DNA of 64,000 nucleotides from Mytilus edulis (taxonomy: Eukaryota), in NCBI RefSeq assembly GCF_963676685.1, contig NC_092354.1, positions 22,940,001-23,004,000 of the forward strand. The letters run 5' to 3'. The position numbers were made by a program, and so were the translations under genes. The notes under the pieces are model-generated. The model saw only the letters and a program-made list of their open reading frames with translations. It made no database searches and was not told the origin of the DNA. Numbering within the stretch: the first letter of the stretch is position 1; each line of letters opens with the position of its first letter. Of the stretch, positions 60,703 through 64,000 are shown piece by piece.

Positions 60703-62379
60703 TACCAAATCCTGAATGATGAACTTGAAATAAAGGTTGATAACGTTACCTTCTGGACAGACTCGATTGTAGTGTTGGGCTACATTAGAAATACATCACG
60801 GCGATTCAAAACCTTTGTAGGTAATAGATTAAGCATAATTCACAATACAACTAGTGTATACCAATGGCGTCACGTATATTCGCCTTCGAATCCCGCGGAC
60901 ATAGCATCAAGAGGAATAGACGCTGTTGATAGTAAGAAACTAAATATATACTTAAATGGTCCAAATTTTCTCTTGGAAGATTCAAAATACTGGCCACAAG
61001 ACTTACGCAATGAGCTACAAGAGGTAACTGAAAATGACACCGAACTTAAGAATGAGGTGGTGATCCATGCTATGACAAACAACACCACTGATTATCTAAT
61101 GAACTATTTCTTCGACTGGACAAAACTACTACGAACAACGGCGTGGTTGATTAGGTTCAAGTTTTATTGCAGACAACGATACCTAAATCATTAAGTTCAG
61201 TGCAGAACTGGTGATCTCACTTTGTCAGAACTGAAAATGGCTACCAATGTAATATCAGTCAATGTACATTCAACTTACTTCAAACACGAAATAATCAAAT
61301 TGAAGAAGGATACGCCCGTGAAAAAAGACAGCCGTATTGCTTCTCTTAATCCTGTACTCGATAATGAGCTTATCCGAGCAAAAGGACGCTTAAGTACCTC
61401 TAACCATGATGAATACCCCATAATCCTTCCCGATAATCATTATGTTACTTCGTTAATTGTTCGTTTCTATCACGAAAATCAGGGTCACGTAGGAAGACAA
61501 CAGGTGCTTGCAGCCACACGTATGAAATACAGGATTTTAAAAGGACCTAGTCTTGTTAAGAAAGTAATCGGATGCTGTATTCCATGTAAACGTCAACACC
61601 GTCCACTCTGCGTACAACAGATGGCACCTCTTCTTGATGAACAGATAACTGCTGAAAACCCCCGTTAACATTTGTCGGAAACGACTATTTTTGGGACCCC
61701 TTTTGGTAAAGTTAGGTCGTTCACACGTAAAAAAGATATGGTTGCCTATTTACATGTCTCACAACCAGAGCAGTGCATCTAGAAGTGGCCCACACCTTAA
61801 CCATGAAGTCATTTTTATCCGCTTTTCAACGCTTTATAAGCCGACGAGGTGTACCAAAAAAGATGTACAGCGATAATGGAACTAATCTTGTAAGCAGAGA
61901 CAGTGAGCTACGTAAATCAATTAAAGAATGGAACCTATCAAAAATTGGAAGACAACAGGAGATAGAATGGCGTTTTAATCCACCTTTAGCAAGTCACATG
62001 GGTGGTTCATAGAAAATTGAAATCGTGATTTTGTCGTCATATGTTTCACCATATTATTGTATTTCATTAAAGGGATCAGAAGTTAAATGGTAGTTCCTGC
62101 GAGAAATTTATGTGATATACATCAAATAACAAAAATATCACATAGTGACTGAATTGCTACTATACAGATCACCACAAAAATAGTTTATGATAAAAAGTTC
62201 TTTATTTTCGGGTTGAAATGAGAGTATGAATCATGTAATTCAAGATGTTCACGATCAAATTCAACTGCAGTCAATAAATAGCCAATTATTTTAATGCAAA
62301 AGAAAGAATTAATCGGTAAGGATTTTTGAAAGCTATCTAATTAGAGTTATGTTCGTCACCGAATTTCCTTATTACTTAA

Positions 62380-63112
62380 GGTTTATGTACCCTTCTGTAG
62401 CCATTTTTGTACGAATTTTTCAAACCTCAATTGTATCAAAACTAAAGATATAATAAATAATAGAGATAGGCCATTTAGTACATGTTCCAAGGGGAAACTT
62501 GATGTAAAGCATTATATTTTACTGTTTCATTGCATTTGATAGAAAAAGAGGACTTTGTGGCAAATAAATCAAGAATTTTATAGAAAATCCACAGCCTTTA
62601 ATACAGAGATTTTTGTTATAAAATTTGAAACATAAATTACTCACTTGATTTTCTATGATGTGCTAGTGTTTATTTTTTACAAAAAGTTCTAAGTAACCTG
62701 TAAATTCCAAAACACCTCGTGCTGAGTCATTAAAGTCGAGCGCACCCTAAAAGGTGTACTTGATTTTGGCCATATTTATACTTGTCTTAACCAATTTACT
62801 ACATTTATAAACTTGTTTTAAGAAAATCAATGCTAGCACTGCATGCAATAATCCTATATCTATCAGTCATCAAATTGCCAAATATGAGAGTGCAAGGATA
62901 AAGGCTGTGGATTTTCTATAAAAATCTTGATTTATTTGCCACAAAGTCCTCTTTTTCTATTAAATGCAATGGAACAGTAAAAAATAATGCTTTGCATCAA
63001 GTTTCCCCTTGGAATATGTACAAAATGGCCTATCTCTATTATTTATTATATCTTTAGTTTTGATACAATTGAGGTTTGAAAAATTCGTACAAAAATGGCT
63101 ACAGAAGGGTAC
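62380..63112. mobile_element. Element with ~213-bp inverted repeats; TTAA at the left end, right tip lost
   Basis: 62387-62600 is the reverse complement of 62899-63112. Confidence 0.85.
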
Positions 63113-63114
63113 CG

Positions 63115-63480
63115 AACTGACGTTCAAGGTTCTCTTTACCTCCCTTGTTTTTGTGTTAAACCACATTCTTGACGATGACTTTCGTTCTCTGGACAGCCAT
63201 TCTAATCTATCAACACCACTTTTTTTTCAACTACATTTCCTGGGAATTTCGTTTTACATTTGTTGCCACCTGATGTTGCTGCATGTCCACACAGCTTTCT
63301 ACTAGCAGGAATGTCACATCCAACACGTACGAGTGCAAATTTAAAGCATTTCAATATGAATGATGGCTTATTTGAAAACAATCTGACCAAGACTTCTCTA
63401 TTTCTTTTAAGAGGTGTAACAAAGGTATTTGTCTTAAGACTCTTCAGATGAGGTTCTTTATACATGTATCAAGCCATTTT
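63115..63480 (-). pseudogene. CACTA/EnSpm-like transposase fragment
   Basis: ALVRVGCDIPASRKLCGHAATSGGNKC..KFP matches the CDIPAxRKxxGFxGH...GCxKC motif. Confidence 0.65.
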
Positions 63481-64000
63481 TGCTAAGGAAAATGGTTTAA
63501 AATTTTATTTTATTTTGTAGTAGAACTTTCACTAAAAGATTAATTACAAATAACTGGATATTCATCCTTACATCTGTCTGTGTCCGAGGTGTCTAGACTC
63601 ACTTTTTGTGCTGACATGAATTGTCATCGATATCGTTATATTTATAAATTTACTGTTCAGAATTTTTTGAGGTCAGGTGGCATGTGATAAACTATCAACA
63701 TTGAATTATGTTTTTTTATATAAAAAGTGCCATTTTTAGTTATATCTTAAATTATATCTAACATTGATTAAATACAAATATTTATTGAGATTATATAAAA
63801 AAGAGAAAATCATATAAAACTAAACTAAAGAAGAAAGCATGATGAATCAAATATGAATCAAGTTAAATGGTTAAAAACCTTAAATCAAGCAACTAATGAA
63901 TATATATTAACAGATTTTCAGGTTCTAAAAATACTGAAATGTCTAGTAATTTGTACCAAAAACAGTTTTTATTAAAACTTACAATAGCTGGAAAATCCAT

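Larger units (their letters stand above)
59320..62012 (+). mobile_element. pol: Bel/Pao LTR retrotransposon pol remnant (RT, RNase H/A17, integrase), many stops and frameshifts
   Basis: [99 protein letters not shown]. Confidence 0.93.

Overview
AT-rich eukaryotic genomic DNA with no bacterial operon structure. The repeat families look like those of a bivalve mollusc, probably a Mytilus mussel (inference from recognised repeat types, not from a search). The window is dense with nested mobile elements. LTR elements: a near-intact Gypsy pol split by a Helentron-associated element (HINE) and followed by an extra zinc-finger ORF and a 3' LTR, plus a decayed Bel/Pao element. Other retroelements: fragments of I/Nimb, CR1, Penelope-like and DIRS/Ngaro elements, and two SINE families sharing a Deu/Nin-like core. 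DNA elements: Helentron, Helitron, MULE and CACTA remnants and many MITEs. Decayed cargo-type genes encode OTU, Ulp1+PHD, PHD+DUF6589-like, SGNH and CIDE-N-like domains. Most notable: (1) minimal type I hammerhead ribozymes of two sequence families, including a 351-nt retrozyme unit inserted as a 1.09-mer in the Bel/Pao pol, starting 3 nt from the ribozyme cleavage site; (2) two I/Nimb LINE pieces ~7.6 kb apart, in opposite orientation, that join precisely in frame; (3) a SINE with no tRNA head whose 3' stem-loop tail matches that LINE; (4) a splice-acceptor-led double zinc-finger ORF3 in the Gypsy element. Host-gene evidence is limited to a few candidate exons: a beta-defensin-like Cys exon, a signal-peptide exon and a possible partner exon. 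All calls come from reading motifs by eye; boundaries without a TSD are approximate.
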